DNA of 64,000 nucleotides from Alphaproteobacteria bacterium. Its GTDB lineage: Bacteria > Pseudomonadota > Alphaproteobacteria > SP197. The stretch lies in assembly GCA_965200215.1 (NCBI GenBank), contig OZ241369.1:2121534-2185533 (forward strand). Direction: 5' to 3'. Under the pieces are notes generated by a model. That model saw only the letters and a list, made by a program, of their open reading frames with translations. It had not been told where the DNA came from and did no database searches. Position numbers and translations under genes: made by a program. Positions 20,556 through 28,457 of this stretch are shown one piece after another. Numbering within the stretch: the first letter of the stretch is position 1; every line of letters begins with the position of its first letter.

Positions 20556-21602
20556 ATGAAACTCGAACGCAAGGCGCCGGCCCTCGCCGGCATCGTCGCC
20601 CTGGCTTTCGCTGGCCAGGTGGCGGCACAGGACATGCGCGACACGATTCGCATCGTTGGATCGTCGACCGTGTTTCCGTTTTCCACCGCGGTCGCCGAGC
20701 AATTCGGTCGAATCAGCGATTTCCCGACCCCCGTCGTCGAGTCCACCGGCTCCGGCGGCGGCCTCAAGCTGTTTTGTGCCGGCATCGGCATGGAGCATCC
20801 GGATGTGACCAACGCCTCGCGTCGCATCAAGTCGAGCGAAGTCGAACGCTGCGCGTCCAACGGTATCGACGAGATTACCGAAGTGAAGATCGGCTATGAC
20901 GGCATCGTGCTGGGCAACGCTCGCAGTTCCGGTCAGCTGTCGATCGATATTGCACAGCTGTGGCTGGCGCTGGCCGCCGAAGTGCCTGCCGCGGACGGCA
21001 GCATCGTCGCCAACCCCTACGCCATGTGGAGCGACATCGATCCTGGCCTGCCAACCGTTGCCATCCGCGTCATGGGGCCGCCGCCGACCTCCGGCACCCG
21101 CGATGCCTTCGTCGAGCTCGTCATGGGGAAGGGCTGCAAGGCATTCGAGGCGGTTGCCGCCATCAAGGAGACCGACAAGGACCGTTACGAGGGTATCTGT
21201 GCCTCGATTCGCGAGGACGGTGCCTTCATCGAAGCGGGCGAGAACGACAACCTGATCGTCCGGAAGCTCGAGGCCGACCCCGACGCCTTCGGTATCTTCG
21301 GCTTCTCCTTCCTCGACCAGAACAAGGACAGGATCCAGGGATCGAAGGTGGGCGGCGTCGACCCGACCTTCGACAACATCGCCATGGGCGACTATCCGGT
21401 GTCCCGCTCCCTCTACTTCTATGTCAAACACGCCCATATCGGCGTCGTTCCCGGCATCCAGGAGTATGTGAAGGAGTTCACCAGTGAAGACGCCTGGGGG
21501 CCTTTCGGCTATCTGGCCGACAAGGGTTTGATCCCGCTGCCCGACGACGAACGCGCTGCCATGGCTGCTTCGGCGCGCGCGACCACGCCGTTCAGCATGT
21601 AG
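20556..21602 (+). CDS. pstS: Phosphate ABC transporter substrate-binding protein PstS
   Basis: Signal peptide MKLERKAPALAGIVALAFAGQVAA, PBP-fold motifs (GSSTVFPF, TGSGGG), and a position at the head of pstCAB. Confidence 0.88.
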   Translation: MKLERKAPALAGIVALAFAGQVAAQDMRDTIRIVGSSTVFPFSTAVAEQFGRISDFPTPVVESTGSGGGLKLFCAGIGMEHPDVTNASRRIKSSEVERCASNGIDEITEVKIGYDGIVLGNARSSGQLSIDIAQLWLALAAEVPAADGSIVANPYAMWSDIDPGLPTVAIRVMGPPPTSGTRDAFVELVMGKGCKAFEAVAAIKETDKDRYEGICASIREDGAFIEAGENDNLIVRKLEADPDAFGIFGFSFLDQNKDRIQGSKVGGVDPTFDNIAMGDYPVSRSLYFYVKHAHIGVVPGIQEYVKEFTSEDAWGPFGYLADKGLIPLPDDERAAMAASARATTPFSM

Positions 21603-21608
21603 TCTGCC

Positions 21609-23087
21609 TTGCCGGGGTCCGGCTTCGCGGCCCCCGGTCGTTCCCGCGCCCCGCAGGTGCGGTGCTCCGAATTCCGCCTCCCACCTCCGCCAGCGGCGCG
21701 TCCCGTGACTCTCGCCATCTTCACCGCCGTCCTTCTGGGCCTTGCCGTCGTCGGCTTCTTCGCCGGCCGGAAGAGGGCTTTCGCCCTGGCGGCGGAAGGG
21801 CCGGTGGCGCTGCATTCGCGCCCCGTCTATCACGGCTGGTATGTGGCGCTCGCCTGCGGCCTGCCGGCGCTCGCCCTGTGGGTGCTGTCGCTGGCCATAG
21901 GCGACGGCCTAGTCGAGGGCGCCGTCGTCGCCTCGCTGCCGCAGGATTTGCGGCAGGCCGCCGGCCCGTCGCTGGCCCGTTTCCTGGCTGCCGCCGAGGC
22001 ACTGGCCTTCGGCGATGTCGTGACCGTCGCCGTCACACCGGAGCTGGAGGCGGCGGCGCAGCGTTTCTACGAGTTGCGGCGGCTTCAGCACTGGATCGGC
22101 GGCAGCGGTGCCTTCGCCCTGGGTCTCATCGGCTTCGGCCTGGCCTGGCGCCGCATCGCCGCGGCGCTGCGCGCCCGCCAGCCGGTAGAGCGCGTGTTGC
22201 TGATCGTGCTGCTGGCGGCGGCGGCCGTCTCGATCCTCACCACCGTCGGCATCGTCTTCTCGGTGCTTTTCGAATCGATCCACTTCTTCGACAAAGTGCC
22301 GTTTTTCGACTTCCTCTTCGGGTTGCAGTGGAGCCCGCAGATCGCGTTGCGCGAAGACCAGGTGGGTTCTTCGGGTGCCTTCGGGGCGGTGCCGCTGTTC
22401 GCCGGCACGCTGATGGTCACCGCCATCGCCATGCTGGTCGCGGGCCCCATCGGCCTGTTTGCGGCGGTGTATCTCGCCGACTACGCACATCCCCGCTTCC
22501 GCGCCGCCGCCAAGCCCATGCTGGAGGTCCTGGCCGGCGTCCCGACGGTGGTCTACGGTTTCTTTGCGGCGCTGGTGGTCGCGCCTGCCCTGCGCAATGC
22601 CGGTGCCGGTCTCGGCCTCGATGTCGCTTCCGAAAGTGCCCTGGCTGCCGGTGCGGTCATGGGCATCATGATCATCCCCTTCGTCTCGTCGCTGACCGAC
22701 GACGCCCTGGCGGCCGTGCCCATGGCGCTGCGCGAAGCCTCCCTGGGCTTAGGCGCCACCCATCAGGAGACGGTGACCAGGGTGGTGCTGCCGGCGGCAC
22801 TGCCGGGCATCGTTGCCGGCCAGCTGCTGGCCGTAAGCCGTGCCGTCGGCGAGACCATGATCGTCGTCATGGCGGCCGGGCTGGCCGCCAACCTCACCGC
22901 CAACCCGCTGGACGCGGTCACCACCGTGACCGTCCAGATCGTCACCTTGCTGGTGGGCGATCAGGAGTTCGACAGCGCCAAGACGCTCGCTGCCTTCGCC
23001 CTGGGCCTGGTGCTCTTCGCCATCACCCTGGCGCTCAACGTGATCGCGCTGCGGGTGGTGCAAAGATACCGCGAGAGATATGACTGA
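21609..23087 (+). CDS. pstC: Phosphate ABC transporter permease PstC
   Basis: Multiple TM segments and an EAA-like permease loop. The start is uncertain; it may be an internal GTG near 21705. Confidence 0.8.
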   Translation: MPGSGFAAPGRSRAPQVRCSEFRLPPPPAARPVTLAIFTAVLLGLAVVGFFAGRKRAFALAAEGPVALHSRPVYHGWYVALACGLPALALWVLSLAIGDGLVEGAVVASLPQDLRQAAGPSLARFLAAAEALAFGDVVTVAVTPELEAAAQRFYELRRLQHWIGGSGAFALGLIGFGLAWRRIAAALRARQPVERVLLIVLLAAAAVSILTTVGIVFSVLFESIHFFDKVPFFDFLFGLQWSPQIALREDQVGSSGAFGAVPLFAGTLMVTAIAMLVAGPIGLFAAVYLADYAHPRFRAAAKPMLEVLAGVPTVVYGFFAALVVAPALRNAGAGLGLDVASESALAAGAVMGIMIIPFVSSLTDDALAAVPMALREASLGLGATHQETVTRVVLPAALPGIVAGQLLAVSRAVGETMIVVMAAGLAANLTANPLDAVTTVTVQIVTLLVGDQEFDSAKTLAAFALGLVLFAITLALNVIALRVVQRYRERYD

Positions 23088-24399
23088 GATTGCACAATCC
23101 CGCGCCTCCGGGTTGCATGATGGCCACCGGGACGCCGCCTCCTTTCACATGAGCGAGGTCGCCAGGGCCAGGTTGCGGGCGCGCTATGCCCGCGAGCGGC
23201 GCTTCAAGTTCGTCGCGCTGGCCGCCCTGGGGGCCACAGCCGTTTTCCTGCTCGTGCTGCTGGGCAGCATCGTCGTCAAGGGCTGGTCGGGCTTCTTCGT
23301 CACCCAGCTGCGGCTGGACGTCACCTATTCCGAGCACCACGTCGATGCGGCCGATCCCGCCGCCGGCAATGTTCGCATGATCGTCGTGGAGGCGCTGCAG
23401 AAGACGATTCCCGAAGCGACCTCGCGCAGCGACATGCGGGCCCTTCTGGGCATGGTCTCCAAAGGCGGTTTCCTCGACGTGCGCGGCGCGTTGGTGGAAG
23501 ACCCGTCGCTGATCGGCAGGACGGTGACGTTGTGGGTGCCGGCCGCCTCCGACATCGACATGCTGAACAAGGGCTATGTCGACCGCAGCGCGCCCGAGGA
23601 GTTGCGCCGGGTCGACGACCGCACCATCGCCTGGGTGGACCGTCTGGCCCAGGGCGGCGCCATCGCCACCGCCTTCAACTGGACCTTCTTCACCGCCGGC
23701 GATTCCCGCGAACCGGAACTGGCGGGCATCGGCGGTGCCGTCCTTGGCTCCTTCTGGATGCTGCTGGTGACCTTCTTCGTCTCCTTTCCCATCGGCGTGG
23801 CGGCAGCCGTCTTCCTGGAAGAGTTCGCGCCGCGAAGGCGCTGGGTCGATGTCATCGAGGTCAACATCAACAATCTGGCGGCGGTGCCTTCCATCGTCTT
23901 TGGCCTTCTGGGGCTTGCCGTTTTCCTCAATGTCATGCATCTGCCCCGCTCGGCGCCGGTGGTGGGCGGCCTCACCCTGGCGCTGATGACCCTGCCCACG
24001 ATCATCATCACCACGCGCGCGGCGCTGAAGGGGGTGCCGTCCTCGATTCGCGAGGCGGCGCTGGGCATGGGCGCCTCGCCGATCCAGGTGCTCTCCCACC
24101 ATGTCCTGCCGCTGGCCATGCCGCGCCTGCTGACCGGTGCCATCATCGGCATGGCGCAGGCGCTGGGCGAATCGGCGCCGCTACTGATGATCGGCATGGT
24201 GGCTTTCGTCGTCGACCTGCCTTCGGGACCGATGGACGCCGCCACGGCGCTGCCGGTGCAGGTCTTCCTGTGGGCCGACAGTCCCGAACGCGGCTTTGTC
24301 GAGAAGACCTCGGCCGCCATCATGGTGCTGCTGGCCTTCCTGGTCGCGATGAACGGCGTCGCGGTCTATCTGCGCCAGAGGTTCGAGATTCGATGGTGA
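23080..24399 (+). CDS. pstA: Phosphate ABC transporter permease PstA
   Basis: 439 aa permease that overlaps the pstC stop and is followed by pstB. Confidence 0.85.
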   Translation: MTEIAQSRASGLHDGHRDAASFHMSEVARARLRARYARERRFKFVALAALGATAVFLLVLLGSIVVKGWSGFFVTQLRLDVTYSEHHVDAADPAAGNVRMIVVEALQKTIPEATSRSDMRALLGMVSKGGFLDVRGALVEDPSLIGRTVTLWVPAASDIDMLNKGYVDRSAPEELRRVDDRTIAWVDRLAQGGAIATAFNWTFFTAGDSREPELAGIGGAVLGSFWMLLVTFFVSFPIGVAAAVFLEEFAPRRRWVDVIEVNINNLAAVPSIVFGLLGLAVFLNVMHLPRSAPVVGGLTLALMTLPTIIITTRAALKGVPSSIREAALGMGASPIQVLSHHVLPLAMPRLLTGAIIGMAQALGESAPLLMIGMVAFVVDLPSGPMDAATALPVQVFLWADSPERGFVEKTSAAIMVLLAFLVAMNGVAVYLRQRFEIRW

Positions 24400-25220
24400 A
24401 CCGGAACGCTTCCTCCGCCCCCTCCGGTGCCGGCACGGTGCTGCCGCTGCCCGAGATCGAGGGGCCGATCAAGATGCAGTCTCGCGGCCTGAAGCTCTGG
24501 TATGGCGACAAACAGGCGCTGCTGGGCATCGACCTCGACATCCCCCGGCACCGCACGACGGCGCTGATCGGTCCCTCCGGCTGCGGCAAGACGACGTTCC
24601 TGAAATGCCTCAACCGCATGAACGACACCATTGAAGGCGTGAGGATCGAAGGGCTGGCGACCCTGGACGGCGACGACATCTACAGTTCCTGGGTCGATGT
24701 CGTGCAGCTGCGGGCCCGCGTCGGCATGGTTTTCCAGAAGCCCAATCCCTTCCCCAAATCCATCTACGACAACGTCGCCTACGGCCCCCGCATCCACGGG
24801 CTGGCTTCCAGCCGCCGCGCTCTCGACGCCATCGTCGAGGAGAGCCTGCGCCGCGCCGGCCTGTGGGACGAGGTTTGCGGCCGCCTCCACGAGATGGCCA
24901 CCGGCATGTCCGGTGGCCAGCAGCAGCGCCTGTGCATTGCGCGGGCCATCGCCGTCGGGCCGGAGGTGATCCTGATGGATGAGCCCTGCTCGGCGCTGGA
25001 TCCCATCTCCACCGCCCGCATCGAGGAGCTGATCGACGAGCTGCGCGAAAGCTACACCATCGTCATCGTCACCCATAACCTGCAACAGGCGGCGCGCGTC
25101 TCCCAGCTCACCGCCTTTTTCCACCTGGGCAGCCTGATCGAGGTCGCCGATACCGCCGAGCTCTTCCACAGCCCCCGTCACACGATGACCGAAGACTATA
25201 TCACCGGCCGCTTCGGCTGA
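24393..25220 (+). CDS. pstB: Phosphate ABC transporter ATP-binding protein PstB
   Basis: Walker [13 protein letters not shown] signature LSGGQQQRL and Walker B ILMDEP. The start at ATG 24393 overlaps the pstA stop. The longer track ORF 23532-25220 is an artefactual upstream extension. Confidence 0.9.
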   Translation: MVNRNASSAPSGAGTVLPLPEIEGPIKMQSRGLKLWYGDKQALLGIDLDIPRHRTTALIGPSGCGKTTFLKCLNRMNDTIEGVRIEGLATLDGDDIYSSWVDVVQLRARVGMVFQKPNPFPKSIYDNVAYGPRIHGLASSRRALDAIVEESLRRAGLWDEVCGRLHEMATGMSGGQQQRLCIARAIAVGPEVILMDEPCSALDPISTARIEELIDELRESYTIVIVTHNLQQAARVSQLTAFFHLGSLIEVADTAELFHSPRHTMTEDYITGRFG

Positions 25221-25225
25221 TCCCC

Positions 25226-25290
25226 GGCAGCACGCCCCCGTGCTGCATACGATGAGTCAGCACGCCCTCGTGCTACACAACCCTGGCAGT
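25226..25290. repeat. REP-like tandem palindromic element (about 2.5 copies of a ~30-nt unit; core CAGCACGCCCYCGTGCTG)
   Basis: Lies in the pstB-phoU intergenic region. Each unit has 7-bp inverted arms (CAGCACG/CGTGCTG) around a C-rich loop. Confidence 0.7.
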
Positions 25291-25298
25291 GCCCCACC

Positions 25299-26024
25299 AT
25301 GCCTTCGAAACACCCCCAGCACACCGTCCATTCCTACGACGCCGAGCTCGAAGAGCTGGAGCGTCTCATCCTCGCCATGAGCGGCCTGGTGGAAGACCAG
25401 CTGCGCAACGCCACCAGGGCGCTGCTGGAGGGCAAGGACGACCTCGCCGGCCACGTGGTGGAGGGCGATTCCCGCATCGACGAGCACGAACGCGAGGTGG
25501 ATCGGCTGGCCACCCGCATCGTCGCCCTGCGCCAGCCCATGGCGGAGGATCTGCGGCGCATCAAGACGGCGCTCAAGGTCGCCGCCAATCTGGAGCGCAT
25601 GGGCGATCTGGCCGCCAACATCGCCAAGCGCGGCCTGGCCATCGAACATGCCGGCCAGGTGCCGCAGAGGGTGGCGCTGCGCCGCCTGGCCGCGGCTGTC
25701 CTCGCCATGGTCACCGACGTCATGGACGCCTTCCGCGACGGCAACGCCGATCTCGCCCAGCGTGTCTGGCGCCAGGACGAACAGATCGACGAGATGTACA
25801 ACAGCGTCTTCCTGGCCATCCTGGCCGACATGATCGCCGATCCGCGCCTGATCGCGTCCGGCACCCACACCCATTTCGTCGCCAAGAACATCGAACGCAT
25901 CGGCGATCACGCCACCAATATCGCCGAGATGGTGGCCTATACGATTCTGGGCAGCCTGCCCGACCGCGAACGCCCGAAGGCAAGCCAGGTGGTTGGCGTC
26001 GGCGGCGAGGAGGCGGTCGAATGA
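25299..26024 (+). CDS. phoU: Phosphate signalling complex protein PhoU
   Basis: 241 aa built from two PhoU repeats (EDLRRIKTALKVAANLERMGD; KNIERIGDHATNIAE). Confidence 0.9.
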   Translation: MPSKHPQHTVHSYDAELEELERLILAMSGLVEDQLRNATRALLEGKDDLAGHVVEGDSRIDEHEREVDRLATRIVALRQPMAEDLRRIKTALKVAANLERMGDLAANIAKRGLAIEHAGQVPQRVALRRLAAAVLAMVTDVMDAFRDGNADLAQRVWRQDEQIDEMYNSVFLAILADMIADPRLIASGTHTHFVAKNIERIGDHATNIAEMVAYTILGSLPDRERPKASQVVGVGGEEAVE

Positions 26025-26839
26025 CGAGGGCCCCAGCAGCACGCCCTCGTGCTGCACATGAAGAATCAGCACGCCCTCGCGCTGCGCATGATGCGCCGGC
26101 ACGCCCTCGTGCCGCGTGGCAGGCCGCCGGCGCCGCGCCGACCGCGCTCATCGTCGACGACGAGGCGCCCATCCTGGCGCTGCTGCGCTACAATCTGGAG
26201 AAGGCCGGCTGGCGCGTTCTGGAAGCCGCCGACGGGCAGGAAGGGCTGGTGGTCGCCCGTGAGGAACACCCCGACATCGTCGTGCTGGACTGGATGCTGC
26301 CTTCGCTTTCCGGCCTGGAAATCTGCCGGCGCCTGCGCCGCGATGCCGAGTTGGCGGGCATCCCGATCGTCATGCTGACGGCCCGCGGCGAGGAGGCCGA
26401 CCGGGTGCGCGGCCTGGAGATCGGCGCCGACGATTATCTGGCCAAGCCGTTCTCGCCGGCCGAGCTGCTGGCGCGTATGCAGGCGGTCATGCGGCGCCTC
26501 CGCCCGGCGCTGGCGCACCGCGCGCTGGTCTATGCTGACCTCCATATGGACCTTGCCGCCCACCGCGTGTCGCGGGCCGGCGAACCGGTCCGCCTGGGGC
26601 CGCGCGAGTTCGCCATCCTGCGCTTTCTGATGGAACACCCGGCCCGCGTCTTCAGCCGCGAGCAGCTGCTCGATCGGGTATGGGGCCGCGATTTCTTCGC
26701 CCAGCCCCGCACCGTCGACGTTCACATCGGGCGGCTTCGCAAGGCGCTTGGCCGCCCCGACCTCATCCGCACCGTGCGGGGGGCGGGCTACGCCATCGAC
26801 GAGTGCCGAGCCTCGCCAGCGCCTGCCCGTCCGTGTTAG
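26021..26839 (+). CDS. phoB: Phosphate regulon response regulator PhoB (OmpR family)
   Basis: Receiver domain (ALIVDDEAPI...VLDWMLP) plus a winged-helix trans_reg_C domain. The only in-frame start codon is ATG 26021, which overlaps the phoU stop. That start gives a ~42-aa N-terminal extension (ARPRAAH x3) encoded by the REP-like repeats, so the true start is uncertain. Confidence 0.8.
   Translation: MTRAPAARPRAAHEESARPRAAHDAPARPRAAWQAAGAAPTALIVDDEAPILALLRYNLEKAGWRVLEAADGQEGLVVAREEHPDIVVLDWMLPSLSGLEICRRLRRDAELAGIPIVMLTARGEEADRVRGLEIGADDYLAKPFSPAELLARMQAVMRRLRPALAHRALVYADLHMDLAAHRVSRAGEPVRLGPREFAILRFLMEHPARVFSREQLLDRVWGRDFFAQPRTVDVHIGRLRKALGRPDLIRTVRGAGYAIDECRASPAPARPC
26037..26126. repeat. 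REP-like tandem palindromic element, 3 copies of 30 nt, lying in-frame inside the predicted 5' end of phoB
   Basis: The units CAGCACGCCCTCGTGCTGCA, CAGCACGCCCTCGCGCTGCG and CGGCACGCCCTCGTGCCGCG recur at an exact 30-nt period. They belong to the same family as 25226-25290 and 36037-36153. Confidence 0.7.
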
Positions 26840-26867
26840 AGGGCGCGGCCGGCGAAGGGAGGCGGGC

Positions 26868-27242
26868 ATGGCGATCGACTTCACGACCTATGACGACGGC
26901 AACGTCTTCGCCCGCATCCTGCGCGGCGAGCTGCCCAGCGACACGGTCTATGAAGACGACCATGCCCTGGCTTTCCGCGACATCGCACCGCAGGCGCCGG
27001 TCCACGTGCTGGTCATCCCCAAGGGCCGCTACATCGCCCATGACGATTTCCACCGCAACGCCTCCGACGCCGAGATCGCGGCCTTCTGGCGCGCCGTGGC
27101 GACCGTTTGCCGGCGGCTGGACGTCACCGGCGGCGGCCACCGCCTGGTCGCCAATCAGGGGGCGGCGAGCGGCCAGCTGGTGCCCCATTTCCACGTCCAC
27201 ATCCTGGCCGGCAGGGACCTCGGGCCGCTGCTCGCCGGCTGA
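26868..27242 (+). CDS. HIT (histidine triad) family protein
   Basis: 124 aa with the HIT motif HFHVHIL near the C-terminus. Confidence 0.8.
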   Translation: MAIDFTTYDDGNVFARILRGELPSDTVYEDDHALAFRDIAPQAPVHVLVIPKGRYIAHDDFHRNASDAEIAAFWRAVATVCRRLDVTGGGHRLVANQGAASGQLVPHFHVHILAGRDLGPLLAG

Positions 27243-27261
27243 ACGCAGGCCCCACATCGCC

Positions 27262-28146
27262 ATGACGAAGGTCGCGATCTCGGTCATTCTCTCCACCTAC
27301 AATGCACCGGCGGCGCTGGCTGTCTCGCTGCAATCCTTCGCGCAACAGAAAGACCGCGGCTTCGAAGTGGTGGTCGCAGATGACGGCTCGACCCGCGAGA
27401 CCGCCGATCTCATCGCAGCCGCCAGCCGCAGCTTCCCCGTTCCCCTGCGCCATCTGTGGCAGGACGACATCGGCTTCCGGGCGGCGCGTGTGCGCAATCT
27501 CGCCACCGCTCACAGTCGAGGCGATTATCTGCTGTTCGTCGACGGCGATTGCTTTGTTCTGCCCGACTTCATCGCCTGCCATCGCGCTCTGGCACAGCGC
27601 GGACATTTCGTCTCCGGCAAGCGCTGCTGGCTGAGGAGGCCCGCATCCGAGCACTGCCTGGCAGGGGTGCGAAACCGCGGTCGGACGCGGTGGTTCTTGC
27701 GTGCACTGGCCCAACAATGCACGCGGCCGTTCGAGTTCCTCCCCCTGCCCGACGGCCGCTGGCGCCGACGCCGCAATAGCGACTGGCGCGGCGTGCAGAC
27801 CTGCAATCTCGGCGTCTGGCGCCGCGACGTTCTGACGATCAACGGTTTCGACAACCGCTATGTCGGCCATGGCTGGGAGGATTCCGATTTCGCCTTGCGG
27901 CTCATAGGCAGCGGCGTTCGCCGCAAGCTCGGCAGCCACGCCAGCCCCGTGCTCCATCTCTGGCACGAACGCCGCACAACGCCAGCTGGGGGCAATGCGC
28001 GCCTGTTTCGGGAAACACTTGCCGACGGTCCGGTATGTGCTGCAAACGGGCTGCGGGAGGCGGTTCCCACCCGACCGCCGGATGCCTGGACCCGCTCGGC
28101 ATCGGGGAAAGGCGCACGCATGGACAGAAGGCCGCGGCCGGTCTAA
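27262..28146 (+). CDS. Glycosyltransferase family 2 protein
   Basis: The N-terminus ISVILSTYNAPAALAVSLQSF...VVVADDGS and DGD/DxD motifs are typical of GT-A fold GT2 enzymes. The start is ATG 27262; the track ORF 26680-28146 over-extends upstream. Confidence 0.8.
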   Translation: MTKVAISVILSTYNAPAALAVSLQSFAQQKDRGFEVVVADDGSTRETADLIAAASRSFPVPLRHLWQDDIGFRAARVRNLATAHSRGDYLLFVDGDCFVLPDFIACHRALAQRGHFVSGKRCWLRRPASEHCLAGVRNRGRTRWFLRALAQQCTRPFEFLPLPDGRWRRRRNSDWRGVQTCNLGVWRRDVLTINGFDNRYVGHGWEDSDFALRLIGSGVRRKLGSHASPVLHLWHERRTTPAGGNARLFRETLADGPVCAANGLREAVPTRPPDAWTRSASGKGARMDRRPRPV

Positions 28147-28175
28147 ACGGCAGGCCCCGCGAGAGGTTTGCGGCG

Positions 28176-28457
28176 ATGAAACTGATGCCCTGCCCGCTCA
28201 ACGGGCCGCGCAACATCTCCGAGTTCGCCTATGGCGGCGAGGTCCAGGACCTGCCGCCACCCGATTGCGATCCCGAAACCTGGATCGACTATCTCTATCT
28301 GGAAGACAACGTCGCCGGCGTGGTGCGCGAATGGTGGTGCCATCTCGCCACCGCCTACTGGTTCATCGCCGAACGCGACACCCGCAGCGACGCCATTCTG
28401 GCCACCTATCCGGCCAGCCACCTGTTCCAGGGACGATCCCATGGCGCCTCGCCCTGA
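28176..28457 (+). CDS. soxD: Sarcosine oxidase subunit delta
   Basis: ~93 aa small subunit (MKLMPCPLNGPRNISEFAYGGEV...) immediately upstream of soxA, which it overlaps. Confidence 0.85.
   Translation: MKLMPCPLNGPRNISEFAYGGEVQDLPPPDCDPETWIDYLYLEDNVAGVVREWWCHLATAYWFIAERDTRSDAILATYPASHLFQGRSHGASP

Noticed and set aside
23532-25220. 562-aa ORF listed for the pstB region, and 25289-26839 (516 aa) for the phoB region.
   Set aside because: The real genes start at ATG 24393 (pstB, overlapping the pstA stop) and ATG 26021 or later (phoB). The upstream extensions overlap pstA and phoU in the wrong frame.
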